Positions 37,696 through 47,464 of a DNA stretch of 64,000 bases are shown here, piece by piece. The stretch comes from a virus. The stretch's first letter is position 1, and each line of letters opens with the position of its first letter. Position numbers and translations under genes: made by a program. The stretch is taken from the IMG/VR virus record IMGVR_UViG_3300021961_000020; one strand, given 5' to 3'. The notes beneath the pieces are model-generated. The model saw nothing but the letters and a program-made list of their open reading frames with translations. It searched no databases and was not told the origin of the DNA.

Positions 37696-38027
37696 TCTAA
37701 AGGTCTTACGAATTCATTGCTGATGGTGTCTTTGGCATGAAGAACCATCTTCATGTAGTCTACTCCTTTTTGGGGATCGGTATGGTCCCCACAGGTGAAA
37801 ATGTCACATACTGCCATACCTATCTCTGGCCAAGTGTGAATGCTGATATGGGACTCAGCGAGCATTGCTACACAAGTCACACCCTGAGGTTGAAACTTGT
37901 GTGAGTTCAAAGCAAGTAAGGTAGAACCACATTGAATAGATGCATGATAAACTACATCTCTCACATAGTTCTCATCATCCAAGAGATCGGAAGAGCATTC
38001 CTTAAGGGTAAACAGGATGTGTCTCAT
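37692..38027 (-). CDS. speD: S-adenosylmethionine decarboxylase proenzyme
   Basis: LAESHISIHTWPE...CDIFTCG motif. Confidence 0.93.
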   Translation of the reverse strand: MRHILFTLKECSSDLLDDENYVRDVVYHASIQCGSTLLALNSHKFQPQGVTCVAMLAESHISIHTWPEIGMAVCDIFTCGDHTDPQKGVDYMKMVLHAKDTISNEFVRPLE

Positions 38028-38038
38028 TTACATGTTTC

Positions 38039-38608
38039 TCAAATTAAGTTAAAAGCAATAATTATGCGGTCCTCATTACTTGCATGAGGTCTAGCCATAT
38101 GTAATAGGTTGGAAGGGAAAATTAAAAGGTCACCTTCTTTAACAAGAACACCACCAGACTCATTTACTCCAGACTCATTTATGAAGGGGGAGTAGAAAAA
38201 GGTTCCTTCATGTTCTTCAGACAGTTTAGCATAAAAAACACATGCATATCCAAGGGCACCATGAGTGTGTGGAATATGAGTATCTCCTGCTTTATATTTT
38301 TGACACCAAAATTCATTTATTGCAGTAAACTTATATGAACAAATTTCATGAAATTCATCCAAATATGGTTTTACAATAGAAAGAAAAGAATCTTGATATT
38401 CTTTTTTATGACCACTAAAAAAATCTGTGTAAAAGATATTGGGATCCGCAGTTGTGTACTTTGGATCCTCAAAAGGAATCATGTTTAAAATTCTATCTCT
38501 TTCACGATTCCACTCTTTAACATAAATTCTAGTTAAAGATATCTTAAACAGGTCAATAAAATCAACCCTCGTAGTTTGAGTCAGGTTCGAGTGCGATGTA
38601 GTAGTCAA
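38039..38608 (-). CDS. 2OG-Fe(II) oxygenase (TIGR02466-like); start uncertain
   Basis: HTHG, GDLLIFPSNLLHMA and RIIIAFN motifs. Confidence 0.8.
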   Translation of the reverse strand: MTTTSHSNLTQTTRVDFIDLFKISLTRIYVKEWNRERDRILNMIPFEDPKYTTADPNIFYTDFFSGHKKEYQDSFLSIVKPYLDEFHEICSYKFTAINEFWCQKYKAGDTHIPHTHGALGYACVFYAKLSEEHEGTFFYSPFINESGVNESGGVLVKEGDLLIFPSNLLHMARPHASNEDRIIIAFNLI

Positions 38609-39239
38609 GGTTGTAATTGTGGTTGGTGAACTTAGAAAGCAGTTTCTTGGAGATTACAACATCATAAGAACCAGGAATCAGTTTGATATTCTCGATCTTA
38701 AAGTTGAACTCAAAGGTCTTGTCAGTCTTACCAACAGTCAGAGCAAACTCGTTAGAGTTATCATTCTTCTTATCACGGACCATCAGGGTGATATTCTCAC
38801 CGTCACCAACAGCGGCAAGGTCAGGCAACTGATATACGGAAGACGCTTTCAGCAGTTTCTGCAGTTGAACACTTTCCAGTTGGAAGCAAACATCTTGCGA
38901 GGGAAGAGTGATTGCTTTCTCAGGAGGAGTGATAATGACCTCAGGATCGGCAAAGGCAAACTTGACCTTAGTAGTCTTACCCTCACGGATGATCATGTAA
39001 GAATCATGCTTCAGGTCAATGTCAGGGTCATTCATCAGACCCACACCGTTCAGGAACTGGGGAAGGTCATAGATACCGAAGTCCTTTTCAAAGTTCTCAT
39101 CGATATCTGCTTCTGCCAGGATGTTCTTCATCACCGAGATGGTACGAAGTTTGGAACCCCTCTTCACCAGGATAGACTGGTTGATAGAAGAAAAGTTTTC
39201 GAGAAGGTTAATAGTTTTTTCAGAAAGTTTCATATCCAC
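38562..39239 (-). CDS. gp45: Sliding clamp
   Basis: MKLSEKTINLLENFSSINQSI...FGIYDL motif. Confidence 0.95.
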   Translation of the reverse strand: MDMKLSEKTINLLENFSSINQSILVKRGSKLRTISVMKNILAEADIDENFEKDFGIYDLPQFLNGVGLMNDPDIDLKHDSYMIIREGKTTKVKFAFADPEVIITPPEKAITLPSQDVCFQLESVQLQKLLKASSVYQLPDLAAVGDGENITLMVRDKKNDNSNEFALTVGKTDKTFEFNFKIENIKLIPGSYDVVISKKLLSKFTNHNYNLDYYIALEPDSNYEG

Positions 39240-39678
39240 GCTCAGTAGTCTCCTTGTCTAGTCCAGCGAAGTGATAAAGAAGAACAGCATAATGAATGAT
39301 CTTCTTAATGTCCATTTTAGCAGATCCCTTCTTATCATAACGGGATGCATACTTAAGAATATTGCTACGGCAGAAAGCAGCAGCATCTCCAACAGACTCG
39401 ATCAGATCAAGAGTCTGAGTTCCGTTGTCAGAGTTGTAGTGAGCACGATAGGTGTCACTAATATAGTCCTTCACAAGTTGAAGGATCTCATCTTCATTGT
39501 ATTTGTACACAGATTTATTTGTTGTTAAAACGATATGATCGGAGGAACTAGTTGCTGGCAATGGCGTCCAGTCGTAACCACCATTTTCCGATACCCATTT
39601 TTCTCCAGTCACAGTATAACTGTACTGTTCGTCTTCAGGACCGTACATTTCGTCGTATAAAAAAGACCATGCTGTCAT
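39220..39678 (-). CDS. DUF3310-like conserved protein
   Basis: HY...FCRSNILKYASRYDKKG motif. Confidence 0.7.
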   Translation of the reverse strand: MTAWSFLYDEMYGPEDEQYSYTVTGEKWVSENGGYDWTPLPATSSSDHIVLTTNKSVYKYNEDEILQLVKDYISDTYRAHYNSDNGTQTLDLIESVGDAAAFCRSNILKYASRYDKKGSAKMDIKKIIHYAVLLYHFAGLDKETTERGYETF

Positions 39679-40331
39679 TTTACCACCTCATTAGAATTTT
39701 GTCCATAGGTAAAGAGAAACTCACTAACTAGTGATTCTGCTTTATCTTTACCGAACTTGTTCTCTAAGTACCCACTTACAGGATCTAACTTTTTCATATA
39801 GGTATCAAAGTCAGAATAGAGAGAAATATCCAATCCACTAGGACAAGCGGATTCTAACATATCTTTGTAGATAGTGAGATACTTTTTGAAAGTTTCGAGA
39901 TGATCATTGACCTCAGACATGGTGCATTTAGCAACATAAATGTGATCAGAGAAATGATTTCCAGGTTCAAAGAAACGAAAATTGCCTTCTGACTTGGGAA
40001 GATCTGGATGAGTGAAGAGGTAATTTTCTACTGGGTGTTGGAAATCAAATACAAGAACGACTTTCTTTTCAAAGAAACCCATTAGGTCCATCCCAAAGCA
40101 AGGGAGGTTAGATCCCGTCTTAGGATAGATGATCGTGTTGTAGATACAGGACTTCTCATCCCAGATCTCAACTTCTCTAGACTTAATAATATATCTGTTG
40201 CTGTAGATTTTTGCAGAGAGGGAGGTTCCTTTCTCCTCCCAATCTGCCCAGTCACAGATATTTTCTAGATCAGGAAAAGTCTCCCACAGGACTTTCTTGT
40301 AGTTCATCCACAAGTTTTGAGAAATCGACAT
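39675..40331 (-). CDS. pebS: Phycoerythrobilin synthase (ferredoxin-dependent bilin reductase)
   Basis: IYNTIIYPKTGSNLPCFGMDLM...FDFQHP, NHFS and SDFDTYM..LDPV resemble P-SSM2 PebS; start estimated. Confidence 0.88.
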   Translation of the reverse strand: MSISQNLWMNYKKVLWETFPDLENICDWADWEEKGTSLSAKIYSNRYIIKSREVEIWDEKSCIYNTIIYPKTGSNLPCFGMDLMGFFEKKVVLVFDFQHPVENYLFTHPDLPKSEGNFRFFEPGNHFSDHIYVAKCTMSEVNDHLETFKKYLTIYKDMLESACPSGLDISLYSDFDTYMKKLDPVSGYLENKFGKDKAESLVSEFLFTYGQNSNEVVK

Positions 40332-41361
40332 CTGCATCAACTTTATCGTAAAGGTCAAGGAAAGCACTCTTGGTCTCATCGTCGAAACGATTCAAGCAGA
40401 CTTGAATTGCTTTTTGCTTATCGTTCCAGATGGAGAATGCACGGACAATGTGAACAAGACGACGAGTAGAAATAACCTCGTCAACCCCACCATCGTAAAA
40501 AGTCTTACGGATGATGTCTGCCCAATCGCAGAGACGCTTACAGAAGTCAACATCACTGCAGAGAGCAGAAAGAATCTTCTCTTCGATCTTGGCAGTAGGA
40601 TACTCCTGCTCAAAGGTCACAGGGAAACGCTCAAGAAATGCCTCATTCAGCACATTGGTGCCGATGAAACGACCATCATCGCTACCCTTACCCTTGGTGT
40701 TGGCAGTGGCGATGACATTGAAACCAGCAGCAGGGGTCACTTGCTTACCGATCTTCTTCAGGAAGACACCCTTACCTTCAAGGATAGATTGCAGACACAG
40801 GATCTTGTTAGAAGCAAGGTCGATCTCGTCTAGAAGGAGAACAGCTCCACGCGAAAGAGCCTCCACGACGGGTCCATTATGCCAGACAGTTTCGCCATTA
40901 ACAAGACGGAACCCACCAATAAGATCATCCTCGTCAGTTTCAATCGTGATATTTACACGAATCAACTCCCTATTTAGTTGGGCACATGCCTGTTCTACAC
41001 TAAAGGTCTTACCGTTACCAGACAGACCAGTGATAAAAGCAGGATAGAAAATGCCGCTCTGAATGATCTTTTTAATATCAGCAAAATTACCAAACTTGAC
41101 GAAGGTATCATCTTTTTGGGGAACAAGGTTTTGCTCTACAGCAGGCAAAGCAGCTGGTGCATGGAAACTCTGCTCAAGTTTTTCTTGCACAGTTAGATTC
41201 CAAACACCACGCTTAACTTTATACTGATCAAGTTTCTTAGTTGCGGTTGGATAAGAAATGCCCTGAGCAGCGCAATACCCACGGACATCAGCAGCAGTGA
41301 TGTGATCTCCGAAGGCATCACGGAGAGAGTTAGCAAGTTGTTCGGAGGACAAGCGAGGCAT
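40270..41361 (-). CDS. cobS: MoxR-type AAA+ ATPase (cyanophage CobS)
   Basis: GLSGNGKT, LLLDEID, ATANTKG and AFLERF motifs. Confidence 0.92.
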   Translation of the reverse strand: MPRLSSEQLANSLRDAFGDHITAADVRGYCAAQGISYPTATKKLDQYKVKRGVWNLTVQEKLEQSFHAPAALPAVEQNLVPQKDDTFVKFGNFADIKKIIQSGIFYPAFITGLSGNGKTFSVEQACAQLNRELIRVNITIETDEDDLIGGFRLVNGETVWHNGPVVEALSRGAVLLLDEIDLASNKILCLQSILEGKGVFLKKIGKQVTPAAGFNVIATANTKGKGSDDGRFIGTNVLNEAFLERFPVTFEQEYPTAKIEEKILSALCSDVDFCKRLCDWADIIRKTFYDGGVDEVISTRRLVHIVRAFSIWNDKQKAIQVCLNRFDDETKSAFLDLYDKVDADVDFSKLVDELQESPVGDFS

Positions 41362-41385
41362 TGTGATTTCCTTTGGTATGTATAC

Positions 41386-41441
41386 ATTATAACCCAGAGT
41401 AATCGGTCAGGAGACCTCTGGTGGACAGTTCATCAAGCGAC
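41386..41441 (-). promoter_or_regulatory. Operator-type promoter of cobS
   Basis: GTCGCTT-N4-AACTGTC-N32-TATAAT. Confidence 0.6.
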
Positions 41442-43538
41442 CAGTTGAATGAATTCGTTTAAGACACGCTTGTTCATTTTTTTGTTCGCTAGAGACTTCT
41501 TAAATGCGCTCTTAATTTGAGACTTAGATGCATCATCCGATACTTCAAATTCAGAACTTTGAGAAAGAACTTGGTTACCAAGAACAAAGTATGAGTGATA
41601 CCCACCGTTCTTAATCACAAATGATTTGTCTTTCTTCCATTGATTACGCATCTTTTGCTGCTCATCATATTCGTTTTCATACTGGAAGATCATGTTGTTG
41701 TAACTAGATCCACCACCAATGATACGGAATCCGATGAAGTTTACTTCTGGGAAAGTTGACTTCAAATCATTGAGCATAGATTTGGTGAATTGATGATAGA
41801 TGCAGGAAAGACGAGTCAGTTCTCCAGTTTTAAGATTACGAAGGAAAGTACTGTCACTAACCCTACGATTACGAATCTGTGGATTACCTTCCCAGTCACG
41901 CTGGAGCATAATAGTACGAGAAGGAATAGATGCCTCTCCGTCAGTAAGAACAACACAGTTTACTTTCTCCACTCCAGTCTTCTTTTTAAACTGAGGAAGA
42001 ATGTAATGAAGGGTGATCAATGCTTCATTCAAAGGAGTTCCTGACAGATACATCTGGGGAGGACAGAAACCATAGTGACTGGTAAATGAATGAGCGATTG
42101 CCCAAATGTTTTGCATTTGCTTCTCTGCAACAGAATTCTTTACCTTGCTGGTAAGGATATTAAGCATGGAGAATTCATCGGAGACATAGAGTTTGTCTTC
42201 TTCCTTTGGATTATTTGGCACACGACCAGATTTATAATTCCACTCGTTAGTGAAAGCATAAACATCGTAAGGAATACCAACTTTCCTGCAGAACCAAATC
42301 AAGTTATAAAGTTGCTTAAGAGTGGGGACAAGAATGTCTGCCATGGATCCAGACCAATCAAGCACAAATACAAGTCCGTGATTTTTTCCGTCTGGCAGAA
42401 TGGTTACTTTCTTGAACAGATCTTCATTGTACTTATAGGTATGAAGTTTGCTGCAATCAAGCACACCAGTTCTACTCACACTAGCACGAGCATAAGCAGT
42501 GGCAGATTTCTTACACTCAAACTCCTTCACAAGATAACTGACTTCTTTTGCAGCTTCTTTCTTAAAGGATTGATAAGATTCTTTATGGGTAACATCATAA
42601 TCCATATGGATGAACCTTTCTTTAAAATCGCCAAAGCAGCAATCAATATACTCATGAATCATGTCGGAAGAGACGATAACATGATCAAGATCGAGTTTAG
42701 GAATAGTCACATAAGAGATGAAACTATCACTCATGTTTGCAAGTTGACGCAACTTATCTTCTAAAGAAGTCACGGTCTTTGCTTCAGTCTCATCTACGGG
42801 ACTATCGCCAAGTTCTTCATCTTCGTTGGCATTGTTTTCTTCGTTGGCATTATCGTTGTCATTCTCCTCATCAGAATCGCCTGATTGCTGCCCAGACTGT
42901 TGCTGCTGAGGTTGGGGTTCTTGCTCTTCTTCGGCACCTTCCTCGCCCTCCTGAGGGGGAGGAGAAGTGATATTTGCCTCAGGGGTCATTTCCTTGGCAT
43001 ACTCATTCATCAAACGAGCTGCTTCCAGAGCATCATCAAACGACTCAGCATCTGCAATAGCATTGATGATTTCCATCTCTTTCCCACGGTTAATGGGAAT
43101 GTTGATATAGTTGCCGATCTTGAACCAGAGGTTTGCACGATCAGCAAACGACATTTTAGAGAAGTCTACACCTTCTAGTTCAAAGAAGTCTTGATCTTGA
43201 AGTTGACTATATCCACGAGAAAAAGTTTTGTTCAGACCAGCATAACGACGCTTCATCAACTTTTCGATGCGAGCGTCTTCAGTGATATTGACAAAACTGT
43301 GGGGGACATTTTTCCACTTATCTTCCTTCTGCCAATCACGGGAGTCTGTGAACAGTGCATGACCAACCTCGTGCGAGACGAGAAGATCATAAACAGACTC
43401 GGACGAGATATTCCATACTGGCAAAGTCAAGACGCGACGCACAACATCGAACTGAGCGGTCTCCACATTGCGATGCTCGATGAGAAGGTTCTCGGTAGCG
43501 AGCAGTTTAGCAAGTTTGCCTTTGACTTCGTGCAGCAT
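41433..43538 (-). CDS. CobT-like protein: HExxH metallopeptidase-like domain, acidic linker, VWA domain
   Basis: SHEVGH; DWSGSM, GTPL and TDGE MIDAS motifs. Confidence 0.85.
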   Translation of the reverse strand: MLHEVKGKLAKLLATENLLIEHRNVETAQFDVVRRVLTLPVWNISSESVYDLLVSHEVGHALFTDSRDWQKEDKWKNVPHSFVNITEDARIEKLMKRRYAGLNKTFSRGYSQLQDQDFFELEGVDFSKMSFADRANLWFKIGNYINIPINRGKEMEIINAIADAESFDDALEAARLMNEYAKEMTPEANITSPPPQEGEEGAEEEQEPQPQQQQSGQQSGDSDEENDNDNANEENNANEDEELGDSPVDETEAKTVTSLEDKLRQLANMSDSFISYVTIPKLDLDHVIVSSDMIHEYIDCCFGDFKERFIHMDYDVTHKESYQSFKKEAAKEVSYLVKEFECKKSATAYARASVSRTGVLDCSKLHTYKYNEDLFKKVTILPDGKNHGLVFVLDWSGSMADILVPTLKQLYNLIWFCRKVGIPYDVYAFTNEWNYKSGRVPNNPKEEDKLYVSDEFSMLNILTSKVKNSVAEKQMQNIWAIAHSFTSHYGFCPPQMYLSGTPLNEALITLHYILPQFKKKTGVEKVNCVVLTDGEASIPSRTIMLQRDWEGNPQIRNRRVSDSTFLRNLKTGELTRLSCIYHQFTKSMLNDLKSTFPEVNFIGFRIIGGGSSYNNMIFQYENEYDEQQKMRNQWKKDKSFVIKNGGYHSYFVLGNQVLSQSSEFEVSDDASKSQIKSAFKKSLANKKMNKRVLNEFIQLVA

Positions 43539-43707
43539 GGATCTCCTCCTGTATGCACCTATTATAAGACCCCCGACGCTGGTCGGAGGTCTTGGTGTGA
43601 CGCTTTTTAAATTGTCTTAGCCTTGCTTTTGCTTGCCTCAATGCTTGAGGTTTTAAGTGGCGCTTTTGTTCTTTTTTAGAATGGTGCTGCCAGTTTGGCG
43701 TGTTCAT
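43507..43707 (-). CDS. Small basic hypothetical protein
   Basis: MNTPNWQHHS...QALRQAKARL; its 3' half overlaps a promoter. Confidence 0.55.
   Translation of the reverse strand: MNTPNWQHHSKKEQKRHLKPQALRQAKARLRQFKKRHTKTSDQRRGSYNRCIQEEIHAARSQRQTC
43561..43616 (-). promoter_or_regulatory. Operator-type promoter of the VWA gene
   Basis: GACAATT-N4-AAGCGTC-N32 (contains a hairpin)-TATAAT. Confidence 0.6.
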
Positions 43708-43729
43708 TGCCCTATGGCGATGGATTGAC

Positions 43730-45460
43730 CTAGGATTCTACCACATTCTTTTCGTTCTTAAAAGAGAATCCGCCTTTTTTAGTGAACTCAATCACATTAT
43801 TAAACTTATCGAGCATGTCTCCTTTGTGAGAGATGACAAAGGTGTTAGCGTCTTGAATGACATACCTAATAATCTTAGTAAATTCGTCTGTACCAACAGT
43901 ATCAAGAGAACTGTCAAAGACTTCATCTAGGATGAGGAGGTTTGTGTTTGCTGAGTTTTTGAACCTGGCAACTTCCCTCCATGCGAAAAGAAGTGCCAGG
44001 TCGATTCTCATCTTCTCCCCCTCAGAGAATGAGGAATAAGTGAAGTTGTCGTGAACAGGACTTTGAATGGTCTCATTAAACTCTTCATCAAGATGGAAGT
44101 TAATATAAAAGTCCATCATCTGAAGATAACGATTAACTTGTTTGTTGATAAGAGGCAAGTACTTTTTGATAATCTTTGCCTTGACTCCACCATCTTTAAG
44201 CAGTGAATAAGCAAAGTCGTTATACTTTACTTCCTCGTTTTTATCAGCAAGTTTACCGTAAATTACCTGAAGATCATTCTTGAATCCTTCTAACTTCTCA
44301 TGCTCAGAATTTCTGTTTTGTAGCTGACTGGTAAGAGTTTGAATTTCTGATTGTAGATCTCCGACCTGTCGCTGATACCCAGCAATCCGAACATTGTTTT
44401 GAGAAATGTCATGCGTTAGATTCGTAACCTCCGAGGACAGTTTAGTGAAAAGACGCTCTCTGTTTTCCTCTTCCTTTATCGACTCCTCCAGTTTTGTAAA
44501 ACCTTCTCTGAGTTCCTTTGCTTTATTTTGAGCGTCTGTAATTTTATTTAGACGGAATTCTTCCTCAATCGATTGGGTGCAAGTGGGGCATACCGTATTC
44601 TCTGTGAAGAACTGATGTTCTTTAGTAATCGTTGTAACTTTCTGTGAAATTTTGCCTCTAAGATTTCCCAACTTACGAAGTTGTTGTGTGGAATTTTTGA
44701 CAGACTCCATCTCTTCAGTTAAGGATTCAATCTTTTTAGAGATATCCTCATTCTTTGTATTAAGAACTCCAGAGTCAAAGCAGAGTTTTTCAATCTTTAG
44801 TTTATCTTCTTCAATTCTAGTTTTGTGACGATTTTCAAGGTCCTCAATAAAACCTTCTTGCATCTTAATCTTATCCTTGACATTTTCTTTCTTCAAGGTC
44901 AGACTCTTAATAACCTCCTTAGACTGCCGTATTTCCTCCTTGAGGATGTTGTTCATGGCAGAGAAGATACGAATATCCAAAAGGTCCTCAATGACCTCTC
45001 TACGGTGCGCCTGGGCGAGTTGCATGAACGGCACAAAGTTACTGCTACCCAGGATAACAATCTGAGTGAAAGACTTATAATTTAGTTTGAGGATTTGATC
45101 TTCCAGAATCTTCTGATTGGCACGATCATCTGCCTCTTTATTTTTCATTTCACCATTTACCAGGATATCAAACACATTTGGTTTGATACCACGACGAACG
45201 ACATATTGCTTGGGACCGACTGAGAACTCAACTTCTACCAAACATCCTTTTTCGTTGGTACTGTTCACCAACTGAGGTTTGTTAATCTTACGATACGGTT
45301 TGTTGAACAAAGCAAAACACAACGCATCAAGCATTGTCGATTTACCAGCACCATTAGTTCCAACAACTAAAGTAGTTGAGGATTTGTTCAGAGCGATTTC
45401 AGTCCACTGGTCTCCAGTAGAGAGAAAGTTTTTCCATCTAAGTTTTTCAAATGTTATCAT
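43730..45460 (-). CDS. gp46: Rad50/SbcC-like recombination ATPase
   Basis: GTNGAGKS, FSEGEK and LILDEVFD motifs. Confidence 0.96.
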   Translation of the reverse strand: MITFEKLRWKNFLSTGDQWTEIALNKSSTTLVVGTNGAGKSTMLDALCFALFNKPYRKINKPQLVNSTNEKGCLVEVEFSVGPKQYVVRRGIKPNVFDILVNGEMKNKEADDRANQKILEDQILKLNYKSFTQIVILGSSNFVPFMQLAQAHRREVIEDLLDIRIFSAMNNILKEEIRQSKEVIKSLTLKKENVKDKIKMQEGFIEDLENRHKTRIEEDKLKIEKLCFDSGVLNTKNEDISKKIESLTEEMESVKNSTQQLRKLGNLRGKISQKVTTITKEHQFFTENTVCPTCTQSIEEEFRLNKITDAQNKAKELREGFTKLEESIKEEENRERLFTKLSSEVTNLTHDISQNNVRIAGYQRQVGDLQSEIQTLTSQLQNRNSEHEKLEGFKNDLQVIYGKLADKNEEVKYNDFAYSLLKDGGVKAKIIKKYLPLINKQVNRYLQMMDFYINFHLDEEFNETIQSPVHDNFTYSSFSEGEKMRIDLALLFAWREVARFKNSANTNLLILDEVFDSSLDTVGTDEFTKIIRYVIQDANTFVISHKGDMLDKFNNVIEFTKKGGFSFKNEKNVVES

Positions 45461-45716
45461 CTTGAAATGGCGGGATCACAATGTCCTCAGAGGTAATAAT
45501 AGTGTACTTGTAATTATACATCTCACACGCTTTTATTGCAACCTCTTCGTCAACTTCAACAGTCATCATCTCTACGCCATGATCTTCTTCTAGTTGCATG
45601 GCATATCTTTCAGCGTCGTCCTCTTCTTCAAACATGAAAAGAACTTTATCACCACTCTTATCTTTTACAGCGTAAGCACCTTCGTCTTTTTTATTTTTTT
45701 CCGACAGCAGAAACAT
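45447..45716 (-). CDS. Conserved hypothetical protein
   Basis: Coupled between gp47 and gp46. Confidence 0.75.
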   Translation of the reverse strand: MFLLSEKNKKDEGAYAVKDKSGDKVLFMFEEEDDAERYAMQLEEDHGVEMMTVEVDEEVAIKACEMYNYKYTIITSEDIVIPPFQDDNI

Positions 45717-46768
45717 TACTCAACTTCACACGCTTTAGTGTATAGGGAACCAAAAAGTGTTTTGACTTTAGACTTGTCAATCTCCACTTCTGCTTCTTCA
45801 ATATATCTATTCAAAATAGAAATAGTGTTTTCTTCTTCGCTGATTTCGGATTCTTCTCCATGCAACCAACCTTGGTTGTAATCAAAGTTCTCGATGATCT
45901 TTAATTCTTCAACACCAACGGTGTAAAGTTTATCAATAAATTTCTCAAAATCTTTGGGTTTAGTTTTCTTACGAACGATTACCTTTACAATTTTACCAGC
46001 ATATTCTGCTGCATTGAACATCTGATGGGGAGTATCCTCATAGTAGATGTTATAGAACATGTGGTTAGGATTATCAACTGGGGTCAACTCATATGACTCA
46101 GTATCAAAGATATGAAATCCTCTGGGATCGTTGACATCATTCCAATACAGTTCGTAAGGATTTCCGAGATAGAAGATCTGACCATCACTACTACGAGTGT
46201 GATAGTGTCCAGAAAAGACACGATCAAACTTTCTCAAGTAATCTGCTTCATATCCACGATCTTGAGTGAAGCCACGATAAGCAGCAAACCCGTTCAATTC
46301 AAGGTGACCAACCGCAACCTTTGCCTTACTCTTCTTAATGGCATTCATTGTCTGCTGTTCATTTTCCTTGTTAATCCAAGCAATGAAAGCAAACTTAGTT
46401 CCACCAATTACATGTTCGGCATAGTCAGTGATAGGGACGATATTATCATACTCTCGTAAAAGTAAATCAACTGTGTTAACTGAGTTATTGTTTTTGTAGT
46501 AGGCAGTGTGATTACCCACAACAGTGTACACAGTAATTCCCATATCGCGGAGACGGTTGTAGTAATTCTCTTTAGCCCATTTAAGAGACCAGAGATCAAT
46601 GCTTCTCCTATTGTCGAAAGTATCGCCCATATCGATAACAGTTGTGATACCTTCTCGATCAAGCGTAGGAAAAAAAGTCCCATCGTAGAATTTTGCAAAG
46701 TAGTCATGAAAGAGTTTGCTACCCTTTCTTGCTCCAAAATGTTGATCAGTGATGATTGCGATTTTCAT
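45716..46768 (-). CDS. gp47: Mre11/SbcD-like nuclease
   Basis: TDQHFG, GDTFD, GNH and SGHYH motifs. Confidence 0.96.
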   Translation of the reverse strand: MKIAIITDQHFGARKGSKLFHDYFAKFYDGTFFPTLDREGITTVIDMGDTFDNRRSIDLWSLKWAKENYYNRLRDMGITVYTVVGNHTAYYKNNNSVNTVDLLLREYDNIVPITDYAEHVIGGTKFAFIAWINKENEQQTMNAIKKSKAKVAVGHLELNGFAAYRGFTQDRGYEADYLRKFDRVFSGHYHTRSSDGQIFYLGNPYELYWNDVNDPRGFHIFDTESYELTPVDNPNHMFYNIYYEDTPHQMFNAAEYAGKIVKVIVRKKTKPKDFEKFIDKLYTVGVEELKIIENFDYNQGWLHGEESEISEEENTISILNRYIEEAEVEIDKSKVKTLFGSLYTKACEVE

Positions 46769-46880
46769 CTTCAGTACCTTTTTCTAAATCACGAAGTCTT
46801 TTACGCCAGTATTCATTTTCATTATCAGTCTCACGCTCTTCTGCTTCATCAAACATGTAGTCTGGATAAGGTTGGGTCAT
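46746..46880 (-). CDS. 44-aa acidic hypothetical protein (not in ORF track)
   Basis: MTQPYPDYMFDEAEE...; ATGA overlap with the gp55 stop. Confidence 0.6.
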   Translation of the reverse strand: MTQPYPDYMFDEAEERETDNENEYWRKRLRDLEKGTEDENRNHH

Positions 46881-47350
46881 CGACTTGTCCTGTACTGAAT
46901 GTTGTCTTTGATCGTATTATAGTCACTTGCCATGCCGTTTGCACCATCTTCAACAACCATTACTTGATCATAACCAGTTCTCTCAATAATTTTGGTTTTG
47001 ATTTCTAACTGCTTCTTCTCCTTTTGGATTCTACGAAGGAAAGCATAGTAAATGATCTGAGTAAAATATGCAAACGGGTTATTAGATTTCTCAGGATCAA
47101 AATTATGTATGTACTGAACGCAGTTCTCAATTCCATCACCGATCATATCCTCTCTGAACATGTAGTTCACGAAGTTGGGTTTGTATGAAAGGTGTGTTGC
47201 GATCTTCAAAAAACAATCGCCCAAATAGTTACTGATCGGAGGTGGTGGAGTACCCTTTTCCTTTGCTTTCCTGCACTTGATGCGATACTCCACCATTGCG
47301 TCTAGCAAGTCTTTGTTATTTACATAGTGCTCCGATCTCTTTTTGGGCAT
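46877..47350 (-). CDS. gp55: Late-transcription sigma factor
   Basis: HYVNNK, NFVNYMFREDMIGDG and NPFAYFTQ motifs. Confidence 0.96.
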   Translation of the reverse strand: MPKKRSEHYVNNKDLLDAMVEYRIKCRKAKEKGTPPPPISNYLGDCFLKIATHLSYKPNFVNYMFREDMIGDGIENCVQYIHNFDPEKSNNPFAYFTQIIYYAFLRRIQKEKKQLEIKTKIIERTGYDQVMVVEDGANGMASDYNTIKDNIQYRTSR

Positions 47351-47373
47351 ATTGTGTGTTAATTCGTGTATAC

Positions 47374-47402
47374 ATTATAGCACAGCTTGACAAAGGTGTC
47401 AC
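47374..47402 (-). promoter_or_regulatory. Sigma70-type promoter of gp55
   Basis: GTGACA-N17-TATAAT with TG extension. Confidence 0.7.
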
Positions 47403-47415
47403 TCATGAGTAGAAT
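47387..47415 (+). promoter_or_regulatory. Antisense sigma70-type promoter
   Basis: TTGACA-N17-TAGAAT with no plus-strand gene downstream. Confidence 0.65.
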
Positions 47416-47464
47416 AACTTTGTCGAAGTTCAGAGAAACTATAGCTTAGCTTTAATCTTTAAGA

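Noticed and set aside
40270-41361. Cobalamin-synthesis role for cobS
   Set aside because: No cobN or other cob genes; a MoxR/VWA chaperone role fits better
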